IMG/VR virus record: IMGVR_UViG_3300010429_001737
Origin: a virus
Taxonomy: Duplodnaviria > Heunggongvirae > Uroviricota > Caudoviricetes
Length of the DNA stretch: 64,000 nt
Direction: 5' to 3' (one strand)
Shown here: in pieces, positions 27,725 to 38,423 of the stretch
Position numbering within the stretch: the first letter of the stretch is position 1
How the letters are laid out: each line of letters begins with the position of its first letter
Notes under the pieces: generated by a model
What the model was told of the DNA's origin: nothing
The model's database searches: none
Seen by the model: only the letters and a program-made list of their open reading frames with translations
Made by a program: the position numbers and the translations under genes

Positions 27725-29005
27725 ATGAAAAATAAATACTTAAGTTTTTGTATTATAAGTTTATTTTTAATATTAGCATTTAATAATGTCTCAGCAATGA
27801 TTCGGTTTCATGGTAATGATATGATGGATAGTAATTATGAATTAAGTGATTATGGAGTATCGTTAACTTATGAAACGACATCTTTCTATTTTTACGCATT
27901 TGATAATATAACTAGACAAACGTTACTGGTGTATAAGCCTCAGTTAGTTGCCTTTTATGATGGTGTTCATGAAATGTCTATCTATAACGGTTATTTTTAT
28001 ATATCTCATGAAGGTAATATTTTTGGAGGTGATGGTGAGTGGCGAACTCCAATTTCTGCTAACACAAGTTATTATATTGCTTGTGAGTATAATTTAAATT
28101 CAGCCGAAAGCTATAATCCAACATGTTATTTTAACGGTGGTGAAGTCACGATGACAGAAGTTTCTTCTCCAAGTGGATTATTAACATATCAGGGCGGGGG
28201 CATTCGTATTGGGTCTTCTAATAATATTAATCCATCGATAGGAAGTAATTATTTTAATGGTTATATGTCTGAACTTGCTATATGGAATACTACATTATCG
28301 GATGAAAACATGTTTAAATTAACATGGGGACGAGTTAAAGGAATGGCTTTAGACATTAACTCATCTAATTTGATTTTATATGCTCCGATGGATGAAGCAG
28401 AAGATGAAGGATATTTCAGTAATCAAGTTACTAATCTATTTCCTGATTCTGACGTTACAACGGATTGGAGTTATCCAGCGAGTCCAACATCACATGTTGC
28501 TCAGTTGGTCGACGGAAATATAAATACTTTTATACGTGCTAATTTTTCTGATGTGAATCAGTCTGATGTGTTTGGTGTTGATGATGTGATGTTTAATTCT
28601 AATTATGATTATGTTGGTGTTAAAGTAGAATTTGCCGGTAACGGGACATCAGGGACTGTTTTAGCGCAGTGGCTAATGCGTGTAAAAAAAGGAGCATCAT
28701 GGTTATCTTATGTAACAACTCCATACATGGGCATTGGCACCAGAACATATACAGCAATGAGTTTTTTTAGTAGTTCACCATGGACACAGAGTGAAGGTGA
28801 TGCCTTGCAGATTGAGGTTAATGCTTCTAATATGGATACCGGAGGTAGATGGCATATTAATGAAATGAATGTTACATGGTATCTTGAAAACGCTACTATA
28901 AAAGATTACATTTATGGAAATAATTTTCATAATGTAGTATTACCCGGGACACAAGGTTATGGCGAAATATATTTAAGTTATCCACAAGAGGTTGGTGTAT
29001 GGTAA
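27725..29005 (+). CDS. secreted LamG/ConA-like lectin-fold protein
   Basis: Start placed at MKNKYLSFCIISLFLILAFNNVSA, a signal peptide lying right after the previous stop. GGIRIGSS...FNGYMSELAIWNTTLSDENMFKL resembles the laminin-G hallmark. Confidence 0.55.
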   Translation: MKNKYLSFCIISLFLILAFNNVSAMIRFHGNDMMDSNYELSDYGVSLTYETTSFYFYAFDNITRQTLLVYKPQLVAFYDGVHEMSIYNGYFYISHEGNIFGGDGEWRTPISANTSYYIACEYNLNSAESYNPTCYFNGGEVTMTEVSSPSGLLTYQGGGIRIGSSNNINPSIGSNYFNGYMSELAIWNTTLSDENMFKLTWGRVKGMALDINSSNLILYAPMDEAEDEGYFSNQVTNLFPDSDVTTDWSYPASPTSHVAQLVDGNINTFIRANFSDVNQSDVFGVDDVMFNSNYDYVGVKVEFAGNGTSGTVLAQWLMRVKKGASWLSYVTTPYMGIGTRTYTAMSFFSSSPWTQSEGDALQIEVNASNMDTGGRWHINEMNVTWYLENATIKDYIYGNNFHNVVLPGTQGYGEIYLSYPQEVGVW

Positions 29006-29367
29006 TGGATTCCGAAGAATATATTAAAATGATAGTAGCAATATTTTTGTTAATTGTTGCTGCTGTTGCAATTATATTTCAGATTTATGGAGTCAGTGCA
29101 GACACGGTGTATGTAACATATGGTGGTGATACAGAAACGGTTATTACATCAAGCCAATATCTTGTTGACCCTTTTTCTAGTTTCATTCCTACTGGTGAAG
29201 CTATTAATATAAGTGAGATTATTCAGGAAGGTGGGACAACATTTATACCTTTTTTTCCACCTGAGTTTGATTATAGAATTTTTATGTATTTTCTAGTTGC
29301 TATGTTGTCTGTAGTTGTGTTTTTAATAGTTCTCTTCGGGTATAGAAAACGAGGCTCTAAGAAATAG
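28999..29367 (+). CDS. membrane protein (122 aa)
   Basis: Hydrophobic helices at both ends. Confidence 0.45.
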   Translation: MVMDSEEYIKMIVAIFLLIVAAVAIIFQIYGVSADTVYVTYGGDTETVITSSQYLVDPFSSFIPTGEAINISEIIQEGGTTFIPFFPPEFDYRIFMYFLVAMLSVVVFLIVLFGYRKRGSKK

Positions 29368-29413
29368 AAACCTTTATATATTATTAATTATTGTTTATTA
29401 TTAATTAACAAAA

Positions 29414-29596
29414 ATGCCAAGACGAAAATTACCAGGCGAAGAGAAAAAACGACCAGTAACTGTTTCTGTTGACCCGTCGATTAAATATGAATATGAAATG
29501 ATAGCAGTGAAATTAGGGTCCAGTTTTTCAAAGGAGATTCAGAAACATATGATTAGATTTATAAAAAAACATAAGAACGACAATGATAAAAAATAA
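29414..29596 (+). CDS. putative ribbon-helix-helix (CopG/Arc-like) DNA-binding protein
   Basis: RPVTVSVDPSIKYEYEMIAVKLGSSFSKEIQKHMIRFIKK fits a beta-strand then two helices. Small and basic. Confidence 0.4.
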   Translation: MPRRKLPGEEKKRPVTVSVDPSIKYEYEMIAVKLGSSFSKEIQKHMIRFIKKHKNDNDKK

Positions 29597-31043
29597 ATTA
29601 TTAATTTTTGTAATGGTGTTTGTGTTTGCTATAACACTCATAAATGCAAACGGTTTGCGGGTAATCGAATCTAGTGTATACGTTAACAAAACCATAGGAC
29701 AAGACAAAAATATTACGATTACAATTGCTAATGAAGAACCCGTGAATTTTCTTAATTTAACTCTTGAAGATTCGTCGATTGTTAAGATGCCGATGATTGC
29801 ATCGATTGCAAGTGGCACAAACATGAGTGTTACTTTAACAGTAAAAACAGATGAAGATATTGTATCTAGTTTTAGAATAAAAGGATTTTACGAAACGAAT
29901 ATTGGAGAAACAAATGCTTTATATGAAGTTAACTTTTCTAAACCTCTTCCTGATTTGAACGGTATGAGTCGATGCGACTTTAGTATTATTAAAAGTGACA
30001 GTGTTAAGTGGTATAACTATGCATTTTCAACTGCTTGTATGAGACAGTTACCAGGAGAACATCCTGTAGACGGAGGCGATATTGCAAGGGGAAATTCGTT
30101 TACTAAGAAATTTACTGAAGCTGGTTCTTTTTCTTATGCCTTTTATATGTGTAATTTAGCAAATATTCCTATTTCTAATACATGCACAATAACAATTTTG
30201 CCAACTACAGGTTTAATAAATGACCCCAATAAAGATGCCATATTGAATTTGAATATTAAGGTAAGTTATGAACCTACAATTATTAATTATTCTTTTTCAA
30301 ATACTAATATGCGGATGGGCTTTTTAGATACTCAAGAAGGAGTTATTTCGATTACTAATATTGGAAATAAAGTAGCAAGAAACATTAAGCTGACCGGTGA
30401 TTCATGGTTTACATTTTCTGCTAACAATTTTGATTTAAGCCCGGGTGTAACTAAACCAATCTTATATACAATCACTCCTCAGATATACATGACTATTGAT
30501 ACTAACAAGACATATAATAAGACGGTAACTATAACAGGAAACTTTCCTACTGCTTCGCAGGACTTTCAAGTATATGTTGATTATGCGTTAATCGGGTCCG
30601 GGGATAACTCGACAGGTGATTTACAAACATTATTAGAAAAGTTCTGTAAAGACCATCCTAAAAGTCAATTTTGTGACCCCGAACCACAAATTGTATATCG
30701 AGATACAAACCGTTCTGATTATGCTTCTAACGTAACAATTACTCAAGCTCAATTTAGAGATATATGGATTCATTTATTTGAATCAGATGAAGCTCGACAA
30801 ACACTAGATAATTATATTAAAGAAAATATCGATTTACTTAGAAATCAGTCTAATAGTAATACAGAAATAATCGCAAGGGTCGATTCAACAATGACTCAAC
30901 AGAAAGAAGACCAAGAAACAGCATTAAAGGGTGTTATTATATTTGTCATCATTGTTTTAATTTTAGTATGCTGTGGTGTCATTGGAATGTTGATTTATAT
31001 CAAAAGAAAACAAAATAGAGCCGAAGGGCTACGGAGATTTTAA
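29583..31043 (+). CDS. secreted protein with C-terminal TM anchor (486 aa)
   Basis: Signal peptide MIKNKLLIFVMVFVFAITLINA. C-terminal helix VIIFVIIVLILVCCGVIGMLIYI followed by KRKQNR. Confidence 0.55.
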   Translation: MIKNKLLIFVMVFVFAITLINANGLRVIESSVYVNKTIGQDKNITITIANEEPVNFLNLTLEDSSIVKMPMIASIASGTNMSVTLTVKTDEDIVSSFRIKGFYETNIGETNALYEVNFSKPLPDLNGMSRCDFSIIKSDSVKWYNYAFSTACMRQLPGEHPVDGGDIARGNSFTKKFTEAGSFSYAFYMCNLANIPISNTCTITILPTTGLINDPNKDAILNLNIKVSYEPTIINYSFSNTNMRMGFLDTQEGVISITNIGNKVARNIKLTGDSWFTFSANNFDLSPGVTKPILYTITPQIYMTIDTNKTYNKTVTITGNFPTASQDFQVYVDYALIGSGDNSTGDLQTLLEKFCKDHPKSQFCDPEPQIVYRDTNRSDYASNVTITQAQFRDIWIHLFESDEARQTLDNYIKENIDLLRNQSNSNTEIIARVDSTMTQQKEDQETALKGVIIFVIIVLILVCCGVIGMLIYIKRKQNRAEGLRRF

Positions 31044-31691
31044 ATGAAAGAAGAATTAGCGCGTAGTGAAAAATTGGTAAGGATTTTTTCCGCAATCTTA
31101 GCTGTGTTTTTTATTATAGTATTGGTTATGATAAAAATAGCTAACCCCGAGTTTAAACTAGGGTTAATGTTATTAATATGTGGGATTATAATCGTTTTCT
31201 TCTTATCGATAATTATTGGTTATCATTTTTTACAAAAAAGAAAAAACAGAGATGTTGTAAAAGAACCTGGTTTAACAGATAAAATGCCACAACCGATAAC
31301 TTTAGGCCAGTGTCATTCTTTGGTAAAAGAAATATTGGAAGACCCAAAATATGCTGAGTATGTGCCATGTCCTGATTCTGAAACATGTGAATTGTGGGGA
31401 AAATCTCTGAAATCGAATATTTATACGTATATCGGGTCTGGCATATATAGTGGAGACAAGTATTGTGTTGTTATAAATAGACATTACCCGAACGAATTAA
31501 CTTCGGTTTTGATTAACCCGACAAAACATGAAATCCATAGAGCAAAGAATTATTGTGCAAAAAGCCCAACTGATGAACCTGAATTTGAAGAAACTCTAAG
31601 ACGAAACCCGTTATTAGGAACTGAAGAAGTTATTAGACGTCCTGTAAAGAAAGAAGAAGAATCTAAAGAAAAGAAAAAGGAGGAATTATAA
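31044..31691 (+). CDS. membrane protein (215 aa)
   Basis: Two N-terminal TM helices. Lys/Glu-rich C-terminal tail. Confidence 0.5.
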   Translation: MKEELARSEKLVRIFSAILAVFFIIVLVMIKIANPEFKLGLMLLICGIIIVFFLSIIIGYHFLQKRKNRDVVKEPGLTDKMPQPITLGQCHSLVKEILEDPKYAEYVPCPDSETCELWGKSLKSNIYTYIGSGIYSGDKYCVVINRHYPNELTSVLINPTKHEIHRAKNYCAKSPTDEPEFEETLRRNPLLGTEEVIRRPVKKEEESKEKKKEEL

Positions 31692-31692
31692 A

Positions 31693-32349
31693 ATGGCAAT
31701 AAGCGCAGGATGGTACTTTGTTATGGGTATCGCGTTTGTATTATTAACAGGATTAGTATTATGGTTAGTCATTGAAATATATAGGACTAAGAAACAATTA
31801 GTTGACACTCCTCTAGCTTTGAACTTTGTTGCTCATTTGTCTGACGGAAGATTCATTGGAAACGAAGAAAAAGTTAGTAAAGGAAGAAATGGTAGATACG
31901 TTATTTCATTAGACCCTAAAGATATAGATATAAGAAATGAGAAAGAAGTTAAGCCTGTTACAGTAATAGTAGATAATAATAAATTAATTTCAGTTCCGCG
32001 TGGGTCATTATCAAGAGAACGAAATGTTAATTTTTATTTACCACCTAACGCAAATGATATTCCTGATGCACTAAAAGACACACTGATTGGACGAGCAATG
32101 ATGTGGGCAACTGAACTTAAGAATTACGAAAAAACAGTTATCGAGATTTTAAGAGAAGGTGGTGAAAGGAAGGACTTAATGTTAAAGAAGATTGGTGATG
32201 GAGAAATTTCAAAAGAATTTATTAGTTTTCAAGAAGGCCTTGTTTCTGATTATTTACAGAAAGTTGTTAGCCCAAAAGACGTTAAGGGGGAAAGAGCTGG
32301 TAATATTAGCTTAAGTGCTGGTGCTTCTCCTAGCTCTAATATGCCATGA
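31693..32349 (+). CDS. N-terminally anchored protein (218 aa)
   Basis: Single N-terminal TM helix. Coupled to neighbours. Confidence 0.5.
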   Translation: MAISAGWYFVMGIAFVLLTGLVLWLVIEIYRTKKQLVDTPLALNFVAHLSDGRFIGNEEKVSKGRNGRYVISLDPKDIDIRNEKEVKPVTVIVDNNKLISVPRGSLSRERNVNFYLPPNANDIPDALKDTLIGRAMMWATELKNYEKTVIEILREGGERKDLMLKKIGDGEISKEFISFQEGLVSDYLQKVVSPKDVKGERAGNISLSAGASPSSNMP

Positions 32350-33131
32350 ATAAATATGTTATAATATTCGGAGTATTAATTGTTATTACGGCAGCTATTA
32401 TAATCGGTTTATATTTTTTCTATGAAAAACCTGAACAAGAAAAGCCTCCTGAGATGCATAATCTAAGTATTCGTTTTTATAACAATGTAACAAAAAGTCA
32501 AGTTGATTCTGATTATATTATTTCTAGAATTTCATTAAGTGATATTTATAAACAAGGTCGCAGTACTAAAAACGATTTCGTTCGAGAATTAATACCTGTT
32601 AACACTACTTTTAGAGTTTTAAATAATAATAAAAATAATCAGTCATATTATACAAATTATCAAGATTTTTATGATGTTCTTGGTGTTGGGAAGATATTTA
32701 GAATTGAAATCCCATTAACGAAAGTTGGTGAATTGACAATTGAAAAAAATAGTGTTTGGAACATCGAAAATCCAGATAATCCATTTGTTTTATTTGTTAA
32801 ATCGACAGGTGAAGTTAGAAACATTGGTTTTTGTCTTCGATGGTCTGACAACATTGTTAGTGTGACTGAAGACCATTATAAAGTTTCAGAAGTTCCAACA
32901 AGATACAAAGATAAAGTAGACAGATGTTATGATACTAGTCAAACTCTTAATAATAATAGTTTAGCGATTTTTTTAAAATATAAAACATTTGGCAACTTGG
33001 ATATTGACGATTATATAAAGGTTATTGTCATCGACGGTGATGTTCAATATGGTAACGTTAATGAGGTTGTAAGAGAGGATGGCGATGGCAACGATATTGC
33101 ATTGCCGGATGTTGAGTATATTATAAAATAA
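32346..33131 (+). CDS. N-terminally anchored protein (261 aa)
   Basis: N-terminal TM helix. ATGA overlap. Confidence 0.5.
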   Translation: MNKYVIIFGVLIVITAAIIIGLYFFYEKPEQEKPPEMHNLSIRFYNNVTKSQVDSDYIISRISLSDIYKQGRSTKNDFVRELIPVNTTFRVLNNNKNNQSYYTNYQDFYDVLGVGKIFRIEIPLTKVGELTIEKNSVWNIENPDNPFVLFVKSTGEVRNIGFCLRWSDNIVSVTEDHYKVSEVPTRYKDKVDRCYDTSQTLNNNSLAIFLKYKTFGNLDIDDYIKVIVIDGDVQYGNVNEVVREDGDGNDIALPDVEYIIK

Positions 33132-33174
33132 AATTAACAATAAACTATATAAACCATAAAAACATCAGAATAAT

Positions 33175-34068
33175 ATGAAGTTTACAAAGTTGAAATTCTC
33201 ACCTGACCAGAGAAATGTTTTTAGAACATTTATGTTAGCTGCAGTGTTAACGTTTATTATGGTTTCTGTTTCTCAAACAATTGGTCTTGCTGGCACAGGA
33301 TTTACTGAAGATGCTGTTCAGAGACAATTTTTCTTTTATGTTGCTCCTGGCATTGGGTTTTTAATAGGAATAATTTTGTTAATGATTATCGAAGTTATGA
33401 TTAAGAAAGGTGATGACAAATATGGAGATTCGTTGTGTTTTAACTCTCCTGGTGAAACACCGGGTCTGCCATTTAAAATATTCGAAAATCCATTTAAGTT
33501 GTTTTTAATTTCAATGATATTGTTTAGTATTTTAGGAATATATAGTGCAGTTACAAAACAATCGTTTACAGGTATGGGCGTTTTAAGACAACAATTTACA
33601 GTTGTTGGCAGTGTATTATATAATTTTGCGTTAATCCCAGCATCTGAAAACCTAGGAGCAGCTTTCTTCTTTGCATTTACTTTATTCTTATGGCGATACA
33701 CTTGTAGAAAGTTCAATGTAAGTGATATCAGTTTTATGTTAGTTGCAATGTTAATCGCTGTAATAACATTCGGCGCTTATGGATATGCAAATCATTTACT
33801 TAGGTACGGAGCATCTGATGTTTCAATTAAGACTGTTATATTTTTCTGGTCTGCTGGCGGATTGATAACAGTATTAACGGGGTCATTTATACCTTTTTGG
33901 GTAATGCATGCTGATAATAACCTTTTTGTTGATTTAGGTAGACATTTTTCAAGTGACTTAGTAGTATATTATACAATAGCTGGAATCGTTGTTATGATTA
34001 TAACATATGTATTGTTGTTTATTAGAAGAAACGGAAAGAAACATCGTAGATGGACAGTTACAAATTAA
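33175..34068 (+). CDS. polytopic integral membrane protein (297 aa, at least 7 TM)
   Basis: Multiple hydrophobic helices across its whole length. Confidence 0.5.
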   Translation: MKFTKLKFSPDQRNVFRTFMLAAVLTFIMVSVSQTIGLAGTGFTEDAVQRQFFFYVAPGIGFLIGIILLMIIEVMIKKGDDKYGDSLCFNSPGETPGLPFKIFENPFKLFLISMILFSILGIYSAVTKQSFTGMGVLRQQFTVVGSVLYNFALIPASENLGAAFFFAFTLFLWRYTCRKFNVSDISFMLVAMLIAVITFGAYGYANHLLRYGASDVSIKTVIFFWSAGGLITVLTGSFIPFWVMHADNNLFVDLGRHFSSDLVVYYTIAGIVVMIITYVLLFIRRNGKKHRRWTVTN

Positions 34069-34085
34069 CAATAATATTTAAATAG
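34063..34085 (+). promoter_or_regulatory. class A promoter variant (AATTAACAATAATATTTAAATAG)
   Basis: Upstream of 34106. Confidence 0.5.
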
Positions 34086-34105
34086 TCTGGTTTATTAAGT
34101 AAACT

Positions 34106-34993
34106 ATGAAAAAGGCTAAGAAGAAAAAACTATATGTAATTACCTCTGTTGTATTAGTTTTGTTAACATTTATAATTATATTTTCATATTCAATGGGCAC
34201 TAGAGAAACATCGTTCGGTGGTGAAGTCGCTGTTTATCTTGATTGTGATTCTGCAATTCAAAAATATACGCACGGTGCAAACATCGGTGAATGTTTTGTC
34301 TATGTATTAAATAATCAAGAAACATTATATTATGTTAAGAATATTGTTGAAAAAACAAATTCTAGAGGAGAGACTTCATGTCAGATTGAATCATCAGGAA
34401 GTTCTTCATTAATATATACATGCGATGTTGCTTATAAAAAAGATGGTTCGACGGTTCAAATATGTAAAAATGATTTAGAATGTCCTAGTCAGAATTGTGT
34501 TAATTGGATGTGTAAAGCTGGTGAACCTAGAACATGTAATGTTTTTAATTCAACTAAATGTATTTCAGATACTGAATACGAGACATGTTTAAAGAGTGGA
34601 ATGTGGAGTGGGATATTACATTGTAGAAGTGATGAGAAATGTGTTAATAGTAAATGTCAGAAACCTATATGCACAGTTGGCGAAGAAAAATGTTTAAATG
34701 GTATTGGGTTTGAATGCATTGACGATGGGTGGACTTGGCAACAAATCGAGAAGCCGGAATGTGTAGTAGAAGACACTGGAAGTGGTGATACTAAAGATTC
34801 TCCCGAAGAGGATTCTTGTCCAGGAGACAAAATTCAATGTTCAGATGGTTCATGCCTGGATTCATGTACTCAAACTGGAGCAAGTCTACAATCATCATTG
34901 ATAGCTGGTAGCATCGGGGCTGGCATTGTTGCTATAATAATATTAATAGTTTGGTTAGTGAGAAAGAAAATGTTACTTAGGTCGTTTAAATAA
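34106..34993 (+). CDS. Cys-rich secreted protein with C-terminal TM anchor
   Basis: Signal anchor, about 30 Cys in CxxxC/CxC patterns, C-terminal helix GSIGAGIVAIIILIVWLV. Canonical class A promoter variant upstream. Confidence 0.55.
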   Translation: MKKAKKKKLYVITSVVLVLLTFIIIFSYSMGTRETSFGGEVAVYLDCDSAIQKYTHGANIGECFVYVLNNQETLYYVKNIVEKTNSRGETSCQIESSGSSSLIYTCDVAYKKDGSTVQICKNDLECPSQNCVNWMCKAGEPRTCNVFNSTKCISDTEYETCLKSGMWSGILHCRSDEKCVNSKCQKPICTVGEEKCLNGIGFECIDDGWTWQQIEKPECVVEDTGSGDTKDSPEEDSCPGDKIQCSDGSCLDSCTQTGASLQSSLIAGSIGAGIVAIIILIVWLVRKKMLLRSFK

Positions 34994-35002
34994 ATGTTTT
35001 AT

Positions 35003-35026
35003 AATTAACAATAATATTTATAAAGG
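35003..35026 (+). promoter_or_regulatory. class A promoter-like motif AATTAACAATAATATTTATAAAGG
   Basis: One of at least seven near-identical copies, all 20-30 nt upstream of a start codon (or of a ribosome-binding site plus start). The TTTATAAA core is TATA-box-like, with an A-rich BRE-like element 5' of it. Confidence 0.6.
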
Positions 35027-35053
35027 ATTAATTCTTATACTTAATATTTAAAA

Positions 35054-37258
35054 ATGACGAAAAGATTATCAAAGAAACAGAGAAAAAATATTATCTATGG
35101 CGGAATCGGACTTGGTGCAATTTTGATATTAGTCATTGGGTTTTTTCTTATGGGTGGCTCTACTGGATTTATTTTGTTATGGGGTTCATTATCACAAACA
35201 CAATTGACTGGTGCAGATTCATGTTACGTTACTGATAGTGGGTCGACAACTACTGCAAAAGTTTGTTCTGGTGAATGTACGATGTCAGCACAATTAAATT
35301 GTAATACTATTACAGAAACGAATTTACGTGTAGTATTTAGAACAAATGCTCAGTATGGGAAGTATAATCAAAATGGAGTTTGGATTGCATTTGATAGAAA
35401 CGGTGACGGTGCATTAGAATCTTATACTTGGGGTGAAGCGCGGTTAATTTCTTATGATGGCTGGGAAGGAAATTATAAGACTGTTAAGAAATATGATGCG
35501 TTTGACCCAATAGTAACATTTCCGAAAGACGGTATACATGTTGGATATGATACTGTTAACAAAGTTGTGTATGTATGGAAAGATGGAGAAACTCAACAGA
35601 TAGCTGATACTTGTTGTCGTCAAATGTGTGAAGGTCCGTCTGGTCCAAGATGTTGTGCTGGTGCAGGGTATACTTGTTATAAGTCTCTATATACGTATTA
35701 TGTATATAAAATATCAGACGATGGTGTTACTTCTATTTACCCAACAGACCCATATAAATCAAATAATCAAGAAATGACAGAGGGTGATGTTAATACTTAT
35801 AAATGTGATGTTCCTGTTTACATAAATAATGTTGAAAAAGAAAGATTGTCCTATAGTGATAAAGTTCCTGGTATTAGAACTTCGTCAACATATTCTTTAA
35901 CAACAGGACAAGAGTTCAAATTTGATGGTAAGATTTTTTATACAATGAAGGATACGTCTAGGGCATGTAGTGTTGATGTATGTAATCCAGAAAAAACCGG
36001 AGTCATTAGTTGTAAAACTGATAGCAATGGATGTAAAGTTAAAAGTTCAACTGTAGAGTTGTGTTCAGGGGGCGCGAAATGTTTTGATTCACCAACTGGA
36101 GCATCATGTGAGTCTCCTATTTCAACAACTGTTGTTTTCTTAGCTGACAATGGTGAACAAACTACTGGGTTTGCCTCTGGACAAAACATTCATACTCAAG
36201 TGTCTGTATCTTCATCTAAAATTTCAAGTGCTACTGGAACATACGTTATAGTTGATTCTGATGGTAATGCTGTTTCTCCTGTTCAAAATAAGATTTTAGA
36301 TTTCAGTAAACCGAATAATTTTAAATTAGATTTTTCTCCTATTTCGACTAACGGAGAATATTATCTTAAAGTAACTTATACATATAGCGGACAGGAGAGT
36401 TCGACAAAGAAGTTCAGATTCAACATTGCTAATCAATTGTATGTTAATATTAAAACTTCTTCAATAGGTTCAAAGTTACAAGTTGGCTCTCCAATAACAA
36501 TCGAAATCAGAACTTCATCAGACGAAGAGGGTCGAGTAGCTGTTGCTGCTACAACAACTCCTACTGCCACAGCTACTATTAATGGTAAAGCTGTTAGCGT
36601 AAGTGATTGTAAACAAGAAACTACTGGTATTTATACATGTGTAACTACTGTTAACGAGGCCGGAACTCTATCAATAAAAGCTAGAGCCGAAAGATTTGGA
36701 TATATAGCTGAAAAAACAATTTCAGTTGGTGTTGATACTGCAGAAATATTCATTGAATTTTTAAATATAGATAATTATAAAAGAGGAGTTGATATTAACT
36801 CAAATAATATTATAGAATTTACAACTAAGAATTTAGCGCAGCAGCTGTTAGCTACGACAAATGAAGTTGAAATAATAAGACCGGGGCAAGCAATCGGAAG
36901 TGGGACTAAATTAACACCTAGCGGTTCAAACGGAAATTACAAGTTTACATTTTCTCCAACTTCAGAAGAAGGTGGATGGACAATTTATGTAAGAAGTGAA
37001 GCTCCAGGTTATGATAAGAAAGAAACTTTGCCTCAAATAATTAACGTTGCTCCTGGCAATATTCCAACTGAATGTGCATCAGATGATGAATGTTCATCCG
37101 GACAATTATGTATAAACGGTAGTTGTAGTGACCCAACTCCTAATTATCTGAAATATATCTTAATTGTAATAGGTATAATAGTTGTTGTAATAATAATTAT
37201 ATTAGTATTCAGATTCATTAAAAATAAAAAAACATCGACCGAGATGATTCCAATTTAA
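35054..37258 (+). CDS. large membrane-anchored surface protein (734 aa)
   Basis: N-terminal TM, Cys-rich modules, Thr/Ser-rich stalk, C-terminal helix IVIGIIVVVIIIILVF. Class A promoter 28 nt upstream of the ATG. Confidence 0.6.
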   Translation: MTKRLSKKQRKNIIYGGIGLGAILILVIGFFLMGGSTGFILLWGSLSQTQLTGADSCYVTDSGSTTTAKVCSGECTMSAQLNCNTITETNLRVVFRTNAQYGKYNQNGVWIAFDRNGDGALESYTWGEARLISYDGWEGNYKTVKKYDAFDPIVTFPKDGIHVGYDTVNKVVYVWKDGETQQIADTCCRQMCEGPSGPRCCAGAGYTCYKSLYTYYVYKISDDGVTSIYPTDPYKSNNQEMTEGDVNTYKCDVPVYINNVEKERLSYSDKVPGIRTSSTYSLTTGQEFKFDGKIFYTMKDTSRACSVDVCNPEKTGVISCKTDSNGCKVKSSTVELCSGGAKCFDSPTGASCESPISTTVVFLADNGEQTTGFASGQNIHTQVSVSSSKISSATGTYVIVDSDGNAVSPVQNKILDFSKPNNFKLDFSPISTNGEYYLKVTYTYSGQESSTKKFRFNIANQLYVNIKTSSIGSKLQVGSPITIEIRTSSDEEGRVAVAATTTPTATATINGKAVSVSDCKQETTGIYTCVTTVNEAGTLSIKARAERFGYIAEKTISVGVDTAEIFIEFLNIDNYKRGVDINSNNIIEFTTKNLAQQLLATTNEVEIIRPGQAIGSGTKLTPSGSNGNYKFTFSPTSEEGGWTIYVRSEAPGYDKKETLPQIINVAPGNIPTECASDDECSSGQLCINGSCSDPTPNYLKYILIVIGIIVVVIIIILVFRFIKNKKTSTEMIPI

Positions 37259-37260
37259 AA

Positions 37261-38376
37261 ATGAATAATAAGATTTTGCCTCTAATATTTATATCTTTGT
37301 TATTAGTTTTTACTGTATCTGCTCATATGCCTTTAACACATTGGGTTGATTTAGAGAAAGCCATTGATAAGGCGAGTGGGTCAACATTAGATTTATATGA
37401 TGCTTGTAAGAACCATCTTGATTTATGTTATGCCGGAGACACGTTAACAGATGTTTCTGTTATGTATTATTATACTTATTTTAAAAGATATTCTATAACA
37501 CATAGTCCAACTTTCTGTAGAGCATTAATTGACCAAGCAAGAGGAGAAGAAGAATTAGCATGTGCAGTTGGAGCTTGCATACATCAGGCCCAAGATTTAC
37601 CTTCGCATACACAAATGGTACCTTATGCAATCGAACATACATTTTTACCAAATCAAATCATACATCCGTTTGCAGAACAACATGAAGATAATATAGTAAA
37701 TAAACAAAACCCCGGTGCAAATGCAATTGCAATGGGAAAACTTGAAAGTTATAAAACATGTTCAGATTTATATAAAAGAGTGTTATCAGGAGAAAAAGAT
37801 TATAAAGGTATAGATTTAGATTCATTATTTGAAGCTTTCATTGCTCAGGTCCAAACGTCAGGATATAAAGGCATTTCATTTGGTAGAATTATGACAATTC
37901 CTTTCGCAATAGTAGCTGCGTATTTTGCCTTTATGGCGTTCTTTTTAACATTAATGATATTGATAGTTTTCAAGAAACTTGTTTATAGTGATAGAAGAAA
38001 GTGGTATCATTGGTTAACAGTGTCTGGTATTTTAATAGTCTTATTAATCATGGGAGGATTAGCGTTCGCATTTGCAGCTGGAGCTGGAATGACAACATTC
38101 CAATGGTTGATTTCACCAATAAGTAATTTTGTCCCAATCGGCGACGTTTCAAGTATTCAACAACAGACAATCGATAATACAGCTAATGTTCTGATTTATG
38201 GAGAAGCTTTCTTAGAGGGAAAAGACGCTTCCGGTATAAAATATCTCGAGGCTTCGAATGCTAAGATTATGACTCCATTGGTTGTAATATTAACAATTTT
38301 GATAGTTGCAACAATTTTACTGATATGGTTAAATTTAAGAACGCCGAAAAAACAGACCTCGTCATTTAGTATCTAG
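37261..38376 (+). CDS. membrane-anchored protein with a possible zinc-dependent phospholipase C / S1-P1 nuclease-like N-terminal domain
   Basis: After the signal peptide, H-x-x-THW...AIDKA and IHQAQDLPSH (H-x3-D-x3-H) loosely resemble the zinc-ligand motifs of PLC/P1 nuclease (HLWIVNRAIDI ... H-x3-D-x5-H). At least three C-terminal TM helices. Confidence 0.35.
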   Translation: MNNKILPLIFISLLLVFTVSAHMPLTHWVDLEKAIDKASGSTLDLYDACKNHLDLCYAGDTLTDVSVMYYYTYFKRYSITHSPTFCRALIDQARGEEELACAVGACIHQAQDLPSHTQMVPYAIEHTFLPNQIIHPFAEQHEDNIVNKQNPGANAIAMGKLESYKTCSDLYKRVLSGEKDYKGIDLDSLFEAFIAQVQTSGYKGISFGRIMTIPFAIVAAYFAFMAFFLTLMILIVFKKLVYSDRRKWYHWLTVSGILIVLLIMGGLAFAFAAGAGMTTFQWLISPISNFVPIGDVSSIQQQTIDNTANVLIYGEAFLEGKDASGIKYLEASNAKIMTPLVVILTILIVATILLIWLNLRTPKKQTSSFSI

Positions 38377-38392
38377 TGATATTATGTGACAA

Positions 38393-38423
38393 ATTTTATA
38401 TACTGGGTTTTGTTATAAAGAAT
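38393..38423 (+). promoter_or_regulatory. leader/promoter of the second giant gene (paralogous to 21167..21203)
   Basis: See the 21167 entry. Confidence 0.5.
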
